Positions 1 through 10,796 of a stretch of DNA of 64,000 nt are shown here, one piece after another. The DNA is taken from contig NIVC01000632.1 in NCBI GenBank assembly GCA_002269645.1, positions 248,001 through 312,000 of the forward strand, written 5' to 3'. Position 1 is the stretch's first letter. Each line of letters starts with the position of its first letter. The position numbers were made by a program, and so were the translations under genes. Origin of the DNA: Macrostomum lignano. Its lineage: Eukaryota. A model generated the notes under the pieces. The model was not told where the DNA came from and did no database searches. It saw only the letters and a list, made by a program, of their open reading frames with translations.

Positions 1-70
1 CCAGGATGCACACAACCCCCCTGCCTCTAATAAAAAAAGCCTCAATCCACTCAAACTAATATTTAACCAG

Positions 71-1466
71 GTGCAACAGTGCCTGACTCTGCTGCTCACA
101 CACGACCTGTTAATTTTGAGTCGACGCAAAGACTCAGCCATTGAATATTCGATCAACTGGGCGCAAGTTCGAGTGCTGAATCGAGCTCCAGCTTTTCTCT
201 GCCTGACTCGAACTCAGCTGGGCCACGCTGCCGAGCTGGTAATCGAGGAGCTGCTGTACTCTGGCCGGCTGGGCCTCCTAGCCTGCCTAGCAACCGTTGC
301 TAAGCGACTTGCCGAAGAGGATGAAGCTTCCTCTAGCGCCGCAGCGGCACCAGCCGCCGTGGATCCCGGACTGCGCGCATTGAACGCCTTCGCCAGCCTG
401 TTGGAGCTGCGATTTATTCAACGCCGCGGCTCCGTTGTCCCCCGCTGCCAGTTGCTGACAACAGCGGATGTGGCAGCGGCGGCCGTCTCGAAGACGACGA
501 CGAGTTCGAAGATGATGACGTCATTGGCAGCAGCAAGATTTATCGCGTTGAAAAGCCGTTCGCCCCGTTGAGTCGGGCTGAGCGAGAGGCCGCTCTTCGA
601 CATATTCGAGAGTCGCTGGGGCCGGCTGTTAAACTGTCCAACGAGTCGCTGGTGTGTGCGGAAAATCAATTTAAAAAAACTGTTTTTGTTGGCCCTGTAG
701 GATTGGATTGTTGACAGTGGGATGCCAAAGGGGAAAAAGATGGAAAACATTGATGTATGTATCGATGGCCAATGGGAATGAGATTCAAGGTGAAAAAGGG
801 ATGCCAGGTAAGAGACTAGAGAGAGAGATGCCAAGTAAGAGAGATGCCAAGTAAGAGAGATGCCAAGTGAGAGAGAGGCCAGGTGAGAGAGAGATGCCAA
901 ATGAGAGAGAGGCCAGGTGAGAGAAAGATGACAGGTGAGAGAAATGCCAAAGGAGAGAGAGATGCCAGGTGAGAATCCAGTAACAGTCCCGGTGCAAATC
1001 CCGGCCCCCACAACAGGAACCGCCTGCCAAGCGCCCCCGAGTCGCCGCCGAGACCACATCAGTTGCCGACGCCCGTCGTCCCGAGGAGGCAGCGCAGGAA
1101 TTCTCGGCCAACGCGCAGCAGCTCCGATTCCGTTGGCGCGATTCGATCCTCACCAGGGCCGCGGCGTCCGTTCTCGGCGCCCAGGCGAGCCGCGTGCTTG
1201 CCGCCATGCTGGACATTGTGGACGAGAGGGTCCGGCTGGGTCACGCGCAGTCCGCCGAGTCCGAGGTGTTGGCACATGCCGACATTGTGGCCCAGTTGGC
1301 CGCCTCCGCTGCCGGCGATGCCAGATCTGGGGTGAGAATGTTTGTGTGCCTGTCTGTTGGTCTGTCTGTCTGCCTGCCTGCCTGTCTGTCTGTCTGTCTG
1401 TCTGTCTGCCTGTCTGTTGGTCTGTCTGTCTGTCTGCCTGTCTGTTGGTCTGTCTGTCTGCCTGCC

Positions 1467-1507
<41 letters not shown>

Positions 1508-3436
1508 GACTGACTAACTTCTGTCTGTCTGTCTGTCTGACTGACTGTCTGTCCGTCTGTCTGTCTGTCTGTCTGTCTGACTGACTTCTGTCTGTCTGTC
1601 TGGCTGTCTGTCTTTCTTAGTATCTGCCTGTCTGGCTGTCTGTCTTTCTGTCTTTTATCTATTATCTATCAACATTTTCACCTGCCTCCCCGCCCAGCTG
1701 GACCAGCACCTGTCCAGCCTGGCAGAAGACGGCTTCATCGAGCGGCAGTCGGGCGCAGCGGGCGGCCAGTTCCGCATTCTGTTCAGGCGCGCCATTTTCA
1801 GCCTCACTCGCCAGTCCGTAGCCGCGGTGATTCGCCAACGCCTCGGCGACAAGGCCGTCCGAGTGTTCAATGCGCTGTCCGAGGAGCCGAATCTCACCCA
1901 GGCGGAGCTGGAGTCGCACGTCCTGATCGGCGGCCGCGACTGCAAGGAGCTGCTCTACCGCCTGCTGGTTGACGGCTTCGTCCACTGCGCCGAGCTCAGC
2001 CGGGCCGCCGACTTCATGAACCCCCGGCCCAACACCGCCTACTATTTGTTTCACGTTAATTTAGAGCAGACAACCAGGAAACTGCTGCTCAACATGCACG
2101 CTTATCAGGTAAAATGGGCTTGTATGATGTCACCTAGGCCAAGCCGAAATACTTAAAATCGTTTTAAGTTATTCAATGTATCAAAGAATCTCACTTTAAG
2201 CTACTCAGTCACTTAAAAAATCTCACTTCAAGCTACTCGATCCCTCACAGAATCCCACTTTTAGCTACTCAATCTCTCAATGAATCTCACTTCAAGCTAC
2301 TCAATCTCTCAATGAATCTCACTTCAAGCTACTCAATCTCTCAATGAATCTCACTTTAAGCTACTCAATCTCTCAATGAATCTCACTTCAAGCTACTCAA
2401 TCTCTCAATGAATCTCACTTTAAGCTACTCAATCTCTCAATGAATCTCACTTTAAGCTACTCAATCTCTCAATGAATCTCACTTTAAGCTACTCAATCTC
2501 TCAATGAATCTCACTTTAAGCTACTCAATCTCTCAATGAATCTCACTTTAAGCTACTCAATCTCTCAATGAATCTCACTTCAAGCTACTCAATCTCTCAA
2601 TGAATCTCACTTTAAGCTACTCAATCTCTCAATGAATCTCACTTTAAGCTACTCAATCCACTTAACATACATGCGCAACCTTGGGAATCACCCGGCCGTT
2701 TCTATTGGCAACACACACATGTAAGTCGCTATTGGCTGAGAGCAGTCACGTGACTACTATTCCGTCCAATAGCCGGGTAAATCCCTAGGTTGCGCCCAAG
2801 CATGCACTTTAAGCTACTCGATCCCTCACAGAATCTCACTTTTAGCTACTCAATCTCTCAATGAATCTCACTTCAAGCTGCTCAGTCTCTTAAATAATCT
2901 CACTTTAAGCTACTCAGTCTCTCAAAGAATCTCACTTTAAGCTACTCAATCTCTCAATGAATCTCACTTTAAGCTGCTCAGTCTCTTAAATAATCTCACT
3001 TTAAGCTACTCAGTCTCTCAAAGATTCTCACTTCAAGCTACTCAGTCTCAAAGATTCTCACTTTAAGCTACTCAATTCGGCACAAAGAGTCGCCCCTTCT
3101 CAACCGACCCTCACTGCTCAGGACCGGCTGCTCACCCGCCGCCTTGCCGAGGTGGCCACCAACCGGCGCCTGCTGGACAAGCGGCAGCGCGTCAAAGAGC
3201 TGTTAAAAAATCTCGATGCTCAAATCTCGGCCGCCGATTCGGCCGGGAACTCGGACGCATCGGCCGAGCTGAGCGAGCAACGAGCTCAGGCTGCTCAGCT
3301 GCTGACGCCGCCGGAACGGGAGCAGCTGGAGACCCTGAAGCAAAGCCGCACCGCTCTTCGGGCTGGGGAGCTTCTCCTAGAAGAGAATATCTTCCTGTAC
3401 GAATTGTTTCTTGAATTCGCTAGTCAGCACAATTAA
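71..3436 (+). CDS. POLR3C: RNA polymerase III subunit RPC3 (RPC62); 5' end outside window; exons 71-651, 987-1331, 1698-2108, 3122-3436
   Basis: Translations match recalled POLR3C segments (AELVIEELLYSGRL; EPPAKRPR..FRWRDSIL; LDQHLSSLAED..GGQF; IRQRLGDKAVRVF..CKELLYRLL; RRLLDKRQRV..LTPPEREQLETLK..EENIFLYE). All junctions are GT-AG and phase 0. A -1 frame switch near 425-433 is needed to read through the first visible exon. Confidence 0.9.
790..970 (+). repeat. ~16-bp purine-rich tandem repeat (gagagagatgccaagt / gagagagaggccaggt) in POLR3C intron
   Basis: About 10 imperfect units; several contain caggtgaga. Confidence 0.85.
1345..1652 (+). repeat. (CTGT)n microsatellite in POLR3C intron
   Basis: Direct reading; translates as LSVC repeats. 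Confidence 0.95.
2189..3075 (+). repeat. 32-bp minisatellite (tctcactttaagctactcaatctctcaatgaa) in POLR3C intron, interrupted at ~2664-2804
   Basis: Direct reading of tandem units. Confidence 0.95.
2673..2795. mobile_element. MITE-like hairpin element inserted in the minisatellite
   Basis: Left gcgcaaccttgggaatcacccggc vs reverse complement of right gcgcaacctagggatttacccggc; inner tattgg/ccaata; central palindrome agtcacgtgact. Confidence 0.55.
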
Positions 3437-3663
3437 TTAAACAGCAAACTCTAAAATTCAAGTTTGTTTGCTTCTTAGTATAGTGGATTTATGCAGTCAC
3501 GAGTGTCAGGTCACTTAATTATGACGTGATTTTTGTCTGCTCAAGCAAAAAAATACACATTGCCTTGTTTGCTAAGCATTTCGCCAATTAATTTTACTGA
3601 GTCAGTTTAAATTCATTTCTTTAATTTATCAAACAATTTTAAACGATTTAAGTGTCAAACTGA

Positions 3664-4018
3664 GGGATTGTAGATATATGGACTGTGTATTGTGGGGATT
3701 GTAGATGTATGGACTGTGTATTGTGGGGATTGTAGATGTATGGACTGTGTATTGTGGGGATTGTAGATGTATGGACTGTGTATTGTGGGGATTGTAGATG
3801 TATGGACTGTGTATTGTGGGGATTGTAGATATATGGACTGTGTATTGTGGGGATTGTAGATATATGGACTGTGTATTGTGGGGATTGTAGATGTATGGAC
3901 TGTGTATTGTGGGGATTGTAGATCTATGGACTGTGTATTGTGGGGATTGTAGATGTATGGACTGTGTATTGTGGGGATTGTAGATGTATGGACTGTGTAT
4001 TGTGGGGATTGTAGATCT
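3664..4018 (+). repeat. 31-bp minisatellite (gggattgtagatgtatggactgtgtattgtg) between POLR3C and CHCHD1
   Basis: About 11 near-perfect units. Confidence 0.95.
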
Positions 4019-4162
4019 AGGAAAGACTGATTACTGTCAAATTATGGACTAACTTGTGCGAATCAATAGTTTCATTGTTTTGTGTCATGTTTGTGTGTTT
4101 TGAATTCTAATCCACTTTGCTCGTTTACGTTAAATAATATTTAACTAGTGAATGATGGGATC

Positions 4163-4825
4163 ATGGACAAATTCATCCCATTGCCCATTCCAGCCCGAGC
4201 TGCCGCATCCTCAATCCAGTCAGACCAATACAAATCCCGGATGTCTTCCGCAGCATCTTCTGGCGGCAAAGCGGCCGCTAGCGCTGGAAGCAAATTGTTA
4301 AAGAAGACTGTTGAACAGACCGCTGCTACAAATGCTACTGGTGCTGGCATGCCAGCCAGTAGTCAGAAGCAGCAGCAGCGGCAAGAAGAGGAGCTGCAGA
4401 ATGTCAGCATCGACACAAAGCCGCTGTCCAAAGCCGTACGCGAGGACATCGCCCGCACCTTTCCGACGGTGTTCCTCCGCCATCCAGCTTTGAGAAACGT
4501 CGTCTCCGGCCGCGGTGAAAAAGGCCTCCGAGCCGTCTGCGTGAACGAGATGCTCAGCCTATTGGAGTGCCTCAACGGCGCCGACTACAACCAGCGCAGG
4601 TGCACAGCTCAGATTGGCACGTTCCAACGCTGCGTAGAAGTTGAAGAAGCGAAACGACGCCGACGGAAGGAGCTGATTAAGAAACCGGAAACTGGCCGCA
4701 GCGTTGGCGGCAGGCTGGCGGCGCCGCAGATCAACGCGCTATTGGCGAGGTTCCCAACGCCGCCAAAGGCGCTAGGCGAACCCGAAGTGAACCGGCACGG
4801 TCGGTTCGTGTTGCCGAAAAAATGA
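4163..4825 (+). CDS. CHCHD1: Mitoribosomal protein mS37 (CHCH domain protein 1), single exon; start ATG 4163 or 4241 uncertain
   Basis: Twin CX9C (CVNEMLSLLEC..CTAQIGTFQRC), upstream LRNVVSGRGEK and downstream QINALLARFP resemble CHCHD1 (CITEMSVMMAC..CRKEIQGFLDC..LNKLLQRFP). Confidence 0.75.
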   Translation: MDKFIPLPIPARAAASSIQSDQYKSRMSSAASSGGKAAASAGSKLLKKTVEQTAATNATGAGMPASSQKQQQRQEEELQNVSIDTKPLSKAVREDIARTFPTVFLRHPALRNVVSGRGEKGLRAVCVNEMLSLLECLNGADYNQRRCTAQIGTFQRCVEVEEAKRRRRKELIKKPETGRSVGGRLAAPQINALLARFPTPPKALGEPEVNRHGRFVLPKK

Positions 4826-4933
4826 CGTCTTTGTCTAGTTGACTCAATGTTAACCGCAATTTTGTGTTCAGCTTTTCTTTCTACACTTTCGAATCAAGGA
4901 CTGCTCAAGTCCTTAGAAGGACGATAAACCTCG

Positions 4934-5348
4934 TTTCTCCGAAAAATACACTACGGAGATAGGAAGTTTTCTTTTTTTAAGCACAAAAAATGTTATTGCT
5001 TTCGATTCGGTTCGGTTCAGCTCATTGGTTTTATGAATCAATTTTTTCATTCTTAGCTGACTGTGTAACAATATGTGTAACAGATGATAAAATAGATTTA
5101 TGAAACCAAAGTTAAGAGTCGATCTGTGCCATGCGTTTTTATTATTTCTGGGTACAGGGAATGTACAAAGAATAAAAATTAACATAGTACGCTAATTTCC
5201 TGAACAAAATATGAATATTAATAGAGCTATAAGAAAGGCACAACATATCAAAAGAAAAACATTTGGTCTGCCTCCCATCGACAGCAATAACAGTTTTTGT
5301 GCCAAAAAATGAAAACTTCCTATCTCCGTAGTGTATTTTTTCGGAAAA
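4934..5348. mobile_element. Inverted-repeat pair / non-autonomous DNA element remnant
   Basis: 4934-4971 tttctccgaaaaatacactacggagataggaagttttc is the near-exact reverse complement of 5311-5348. Segment ~5231-5335 recurs, diverged, at ~40753-40856. Confidence 0.55.
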
Positions 5349-6170
5349 GCCTGCCTCCTAAAACTTTCCAAGAAACGAGTTTTCCCGTCCTTACTTGAGT
5401 GGTTCCTGCTTTGAACATTTTAATGTCATAGAATAGGACATCCATCGCTCTAGGGTTAAAAATACTACCGTTATTAACCGAGCTATTGTAGATTGATCTG
5501 TCAACAAAATACACCAAATAAACACGCATGCATGCTACGCCAATTTTGATCAAATCCATCTTTCATGTGTTTTTACTTAATCACTTGTAATCAAGTCTTA
5601 ATATTATTAGTTTCTTGTTTACAGTTTGGTTTACTTTTAGTAAATAAAATAGAAAATATTGATAACAAGACACTCAAAAGAAATCTAGCGATGTTATATA
5701 ATCGAGCGTACTATTAAATAAAAAAGTATAATTCTGCTGCAAACTTTACCTTTAATAAGTGAGTAAAATAATATCGTTTCACATAGGCTAAGCGTTGATA
5801 TATTAAAGCATTATTTACCATTCTAGACAGTGAGGTAATGCACAAAACAGTGAGTAGGAAACGGGGCTTATAGCTTAGCAGCACCGCTGCTTTTACGGGT
5901 TGGCATCGTACGGTATGAAGTGCCGCTACTGTACAACCCGTACCAATAGCTGCTGAGAAACTGTACCGCCACAATTATATTATTTCACTGGCATGCATGC
6001 ATTCATAAAAATATTAATATTAGCCAGGTAGCTATAAGAGAGGGAATTCGTTAACAATGGAAGACTTTGGGTACTTTAATAGGAAAGAAATGTGATTTAT
6101 TGTTAACTCGATATCTTCCTTGATTTCTTTCTTTCAAAGCTTTCTTACTGTAGGCTCGCATACCATTAGT

Positions 6171-9100
6171 CTAGTTGAGCTTCAGATACTGCGCTGGCAC
6201 CAGTCCTCTCTTGCCGTTCACCTCCGCATTGTACATCCCGTCCGGCCTGACCGGTCCAAAGGTTTGGACATCGTCACCCCGGTGCAGTTCCAGCTCGAAT
6301 GGAGGAAACGCGGATGGCGAGTGCTGACTAGGCTGGTAGTCGTACAGCGCCTTGCGCACGAACGACTGCGGAGACGGTGGCGGGAGGCCTAGACGAGCGG
6401 CCGCGCCTGCTGGCGAGTTGTCGCGCGTGCGGAAACGGTCTTCTTCGGGTGCCTCAGCCGATGACACCGGCTGCTTCTGCTGTTGCTGCTGCTCAGGAGA
6501 TGCTGGCCTGTCACTAGAAGGATCTTGATTCGTTGGCTTGTTGCTGTCCATCGGTGGATCATTGTTGGCCGGTTGATGCTGGGTCGGTTGCTCTACCTCC
6601 ACAGTCAACGGGGCTGTTGGTGTTGGCTCGCGTTGTTGTTCACTATTGTTTTCCACCACCGGGCGTGGAGACGGAGGCGGCACGCTTATGTTGGCCTTGT
6701 CCGAGGTATCTCCGTCGTAGCTGTAAGATTGCACGCTTATTCTAAGCGCATTGACGTCCACTTCGCCCAATGCTGATCTCGGCACAATAGACTTGGTGAC
6801 GCGAGAACTCACCACGGGCTGCTGCTCCGTGCCGTTAACGAAGATTTTGTAGCCAGCCACTACAACTCCATTACTCCTGTCTAGTTCGTCAAGCGCAGGG
6901 ATGTCCCACTCTATTTGTAGGTTGCCGCTGTCCGGCACATACTGGGCTCGTACATTCACAGGAGGATCCATGTGCTGCGGTATGGCTTGCTGATGCTGGT
7001 TTTGATGATCCAACAGCTGATTGTGTTCGTTCGGTTGATGTAGTTCCTGGTATGCCGGAGATTTTTCTGCCGAATAAGGCATTCTGCCGTTGTCCACCGG
7101 AGACTGCCGTTGGTCCAGCACGGGGTACGTCTCATTGCGGGTCAAATCAGGCTTCCGACCACCTTCCGCGTCTCTCTGGTTCGGTTCTTGATAACCGCGT
7201 TGTATTGAAGGTTCGTAAGCACCTGGTTGCGCATTAGGCTCCGAATGATTCGGATACTGACGAACTGGCTGTTCGCGCGCGTATTGATGCGGATCGTCCC
7301 TATCGGCTAGGCGAGTCGGATCGTAGCCTCGAGGTTGTTTCCTGGCCTCTTCGTCTTCTCTTTTTGTTGGTCGAATTGTTTCCTCGTAGACTCCATCGTT
7401 TGTCCTGGCTTCTGGAACATTTTGTGGAGAACTCTCGTTTCTGGGAATCTCCCAAGCGGTTGGTGGCGGGAGTCTAGAATTGCTGTGCTCCTTTCTTTGG
7501 GGCTGCTGTCTGGCCGGATTATCATAATTTTCTCCGTTTCTCTGTGGATCTCTACCACTACTTGTTGGTTGTTGGCTGTTCTGCTGGTGTTGAGCTCTTC
7601 TCGGCTCTTCAGTTTCGGGAAATTCTCTACTAGGAAAGTGGCGTTCCGGTTGCTGCTGGCCGTAGCTGTATCTTTCGGGCGGCCGCGATGGTGCTCGATC
7701 CTGTTCATACCCTCGCGACGGCGATTTTGAAGCCTTTCGCGAGCCTTTGGCGGGTTCGTATGCCGCCATCGGAGATCGTTGAGCATGAGCACTTGCGTGC
7801 GGACGCCTATCCCTAGATCGTCTCACTTGAGCGGATAGTGGTTCGCCATCCAGGTAGTCGTCCATGTCGATATAGTCATTCAGTGCGCTGTTCTGATTCC
7901 TATCAGCCTCTTGTAGCAGGTCCCTTGGATAACGATCGCCACCTGATCTAAGCTCATTAGCTAGTCTGCGTATGAGGTCGTCCTTTTCTTTGCAGCGATT
8001 CTGAAGCCGCTCAACTCTCGGCCTCAGTTTTGCCAGTACCAGCTCGTTCTTGAACCGTTCTCTTTCTATCTCCTCGTATTTTTGTTTGAGTCGTCGAAAG
8101 TCGACGTCCAGGTCTCTGTAAAAGTTGTTCTCTTTTTCCAGCTCGCTTAGCACACCCTTTAGCTTGTATAGCTCCTTCTGCAAGGCTTCCTCATCTACAG
8201 TTTTCTCTCGAAGCAGGTCTCTTAGCTGCTGCGTTTCAATCATCAGATTACGCCTGTCCTTGGCAATCTGGTTCTTATCCTTCAGCGCGGACTTCAAGTC
8301 GTGCACTAGGTCATCAAGCACTTCCTTGTCATGCTTGATAGATTCTAGCTGCAGTATTTTGGCTTCTAGTGTTCGAATAGCTTCGGCCATGTACGCATTT
8401 TCTTCCTCCAAGTTGTTGCATCGCTCTTTGAAGTCCACTAGTTTATCATTTTGCTCTTTAAGAAGCTTTGCCTCTCGATTAGCTGCTTTGCTGTGGTTGT
8501 CGGCCACTAATTTTTCGTTCTCTAATCCCGCAATTTTAGTTTCCGCTTGAGTCAGCTGTTTTGTCAGCTGTTCGATATGATCATTTTTGCTTTTTATTTC
8601 TCTGTCTTTTCTAGCGACAACACTCTGAACATTCTTCAACTCATTTCTAGCCGTTTCGATTTCAAAGTTTGCATTTGCCAGATCGTCCTTTGCCTTGTCC
8701 AAATCTTCGCCCACTGCTTGCAACCGCTCAGCCTCCTTGAGTGCCTTCTTGGCTACTATAACCCTGTCTAGGTTGTCGACTTCGGACTGCAGCTGAAAAA
8801 CCTGCCGGTCTCGCTCGGCAAGGTCTTCTGCTAATTTAGCATTTTCTGCAGTGAGCTCAGCAATTATCTTCTCCTGATTGTTGATGAGCCGGTCCTTGTC
8901 CTTCACAGTATGACGCAACACGTAGGCATCATCTGCAGTTTTAAGTTTCCTGTTCATTTCGTTCTCGATGTACTTGTTGGTCTTCAACTCGCGTGTTTTG
9001 GCTCGGTTCTCGGCCTTCAAATCGCCCAATTGTTCTTCCATCTTTCGCCTGCGATTCTCTTCATTGTTTGGCAGGTCTTTTGTGTCCGTCTGTGCGTTCG

Positions 9101-9506
9101 TCGGCAATTTGGCCGAATCTTTTTGCTTCTCGTCTATCTTGTCCAATTTCTTGCTCAACCATGCCGAATTCAACGGATCATTTCCTGGCCGGCTGCTGAA
9201 TTTCTGTTGGTGCGGCTCCATTTCCTGGTGATCGACAACTAGCGAGTTCTCACTAGGCGGCGGGCTGGCTACGTAGAACCGGTCTGCATCGTTGTACCCT
9301 ACTGGTGGCGGTGGCGGTGGCGGAATAGCCGTCTGCTGCTGGCCCTCCATTGCCGCTCTCTGCTCGAAGCGTCTCTGCTTCTCTTGGAATTCAATTGAGG
9401 GCTTTTTAGGCACTGGTGGCGGGTTCTGCGGCCACCGCCTGGCCAGTTTGAAGTTGCTTGTCATTGCGGAGCTGGCTGGCCTGCCCGTCCCTCGTTTGGA
9501 TTGCAT
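6171..9506 (-). CDS. RIMS-binding-protein-like protein (long coiled coil, one FN3, one C-terminal SH3), 1111 aa, intronless ORF
   Basis: FN3 IEWDIPALDELDRSNGVVVAGYKIFVNG and SH3 ALYDYQPSQHSP..ELELHRGD..GLVP resemble RIMBP-family domains; N-terminal half is heptad-rich coiled coil. Orthology not resolved. Confidence 0.75.
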   Translation of the reverse strand: MQSKRGTGRPASSAMTSNFKLARRWPQNPPPVPKKPSIEFQEKQRRFEQRAAMEGQQQTAIPPPPPPPVGYNDADRFYVASPPPSENSLVVDHQEMEPHQQKFSSRPGNDPLNSAWLSKKLDKIDEKQKDSAKLPTNAQTDTKDLPNNEENRRRKMEEQLGDLKAENRAKTRELKTNKYIENEMNRKLKTADDAYVLRHTVKDKDRLINNQEKIIAELTAENAKLAEDLAERDRQVFQLQSEVDNLDRVIVAKKALKEAERLQAVGEDLDKAKDDLANANFEIETARNELKNVQSVVARKDREIKSKNDHIEQLTKQLTQAETKIAGLENEKLVADNHSKAANREAKLLKEQNDKLVDFKERCNNLEEENAYMAEAIRTLEAKILQLESIKHDKEVLDDLVHDLKSALKDKNQIAKDRRNLMIETQQLRDLLREKTVDEEALQKELYKLKGVLSELEKENNFYRDLDVDFRRLKQKYEEIERERFKNELVLAKLRPRVERLQNRCKEKDDLIRRLANELRSGGDRYPRDLLQEADRNQNSALNDYIDMDDYLDGEPLSAQVRRSRDRRPHASAHAQRSPMAAYEPAKGSRKASKSPSRGYEQDRAPSRPPERYSYGQQQPERHFPSREFPETEEPRRAQHQQNSQQPTSSGRDPQRNGENYDNPARQQPQRKEHSNSRLPPPTAWEIPRNESSPQNVPEARTNDGVYEETIRPTKREDEEARKQPRGYDPTRLADRDDPHQYAREQPVRQYPNHSEPNAQPGAYEPSIQRGYQEPNQRDAEGGRKPDLTRNETYPVLDQRQSPVDNGRMPYSAEKSPAYQELHQPNEHNQLLDHQNQHQQAIPQHMDPPVNVRAQYVPDSGNLQIEWDIPALDELDRSNGVVVAGYKIFVNGTEQQPVVSSRVTKSIVPRSALGEVDVNALRISVQSYSYDGDTSDKANISVPPPSPRPVVENNSEQQREPTPTAPLTVEVEQPTQHQPANNDPPMDSNKPTNQDPSSDRPASPEQQQQQKQPVSSAEAPEEDRFRTRDNSPAGAAARLGLPPPSPQSFVRKALYDYQPSQHSPSAFPPFELELHRGDDVQTFGPVRPDGMYNAEVNGKRGLVPAQYLKLN

Positions 9507-10796
9507 TCCGGCCTTCCCCTGTGCAAGTTTACTTTAAATGCCTGCAGTCGGAACAGCCGAGAATGCGGGTACCGCCCCTTGTGTGCGCTTGCGCTTAAAT
9601 CGATTCCACGTCCCACTTGGTCCTCTTCCTGATGCTGCCGATTGATTTTCCCCTACACACCGATCACAGCTGTGCAGGGTGGGGTCGGATCAGGGTTGGC
9701 GCGGGCTGTGGGGGGGGGGCTGTGAGTGGATTCACGAGTCGTTGAATTTAGCTCAGCAACGCAGGGACTGTTGCGTCTCGTCTTCCCTTTTTACTACTAA
9801 GCAAGCACACGCCTCGCTTCTTAATTTCTCAATCCCAACCAAAGACTTCTTGAAGTTTTTTTCCTTGTGGCAAGCAGTAAAACTACTCAGGCCCCACCCA
9901 AATTTTAAGCCTAACAGCGCTACAGAACTCTTTACAACAGCAGGCATGTAAGTCACAGTACCCTTAAGAATGCTCAAAATGTATTACGGCATAAAGCTTG
10001 CTCTTTTGCTCGTTTTATGGGCAGCAGTTAGTCAGCTGTTTCTTTCCTCCAGGCCAGTAGAAGGTAAGAATCTCAAGTATTCGAGTGTGGCTCTCAACCG
10101 TTGAGGAACTGTTTTAGCTGTTGAGAACTAGCAATCTGCGTCCCCGTTGGGGCGACAACAAGGAAAGAAATATTATTTTTTTGAATAAACTAAATGTAGG
10201 TTTTGACTTTGTATAATCGCCTTTATTAATTTTTCAAGATAAGTGATGTTTAAAGTAAATATGCATTCACTCTGAAAGCCAGCTATCTAGCCTAAGATAT
10301 CAGATCTCCTATGAGCTTTGGCAACAACCCCCCATGAGCCAAGCATTTCAGCGATTCCCCCCATACGTCTTGACATCTCAGCAATTCCCCATGAGCCTAT
10401 AATCTTTTATGGTTGAACGCTAACCCTAATCTTTCTTACCTTAGCCCTAACCAATCGGAAACGTATTGAACCCGTTGGTCTTTTTGCTTTTCGTGATAAT
10501 GTAATTCGTCCTTTCTTTAAAATTATAGTAGACACTCGTACAAAGCAGTCACTTCTTCTTTTTTCTTCTTACCTTCGACTAGATGTATTCGGCGCTATCA
10601 TGTTACTTTTAGTAGTTAATATTAGTAGTGAATGTGGTTCTAAACGTTTTTTTCTAATCCTTCTAATTTTGAAGTTCCTTGGCTCATTCTGTAATTGGCT
10701 CAGTATTTAACAGTGAGCTGCAACGACCAATTTCAGACACTACTCAGCAGTTACGCGGATTGCAGCAGCCTGAAGCTGCGTCTTCAACGGGTTGCT

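Noticed and set aside
418-1216. Minus-strand ORFs opposite POLR3C, and similar antisense ORFs opposite SMC4, SMURF and the RIMBP-like gene
   Set aside because: Shadows of GC-rich coding sequence and repeats; no independent homology or splice structure.
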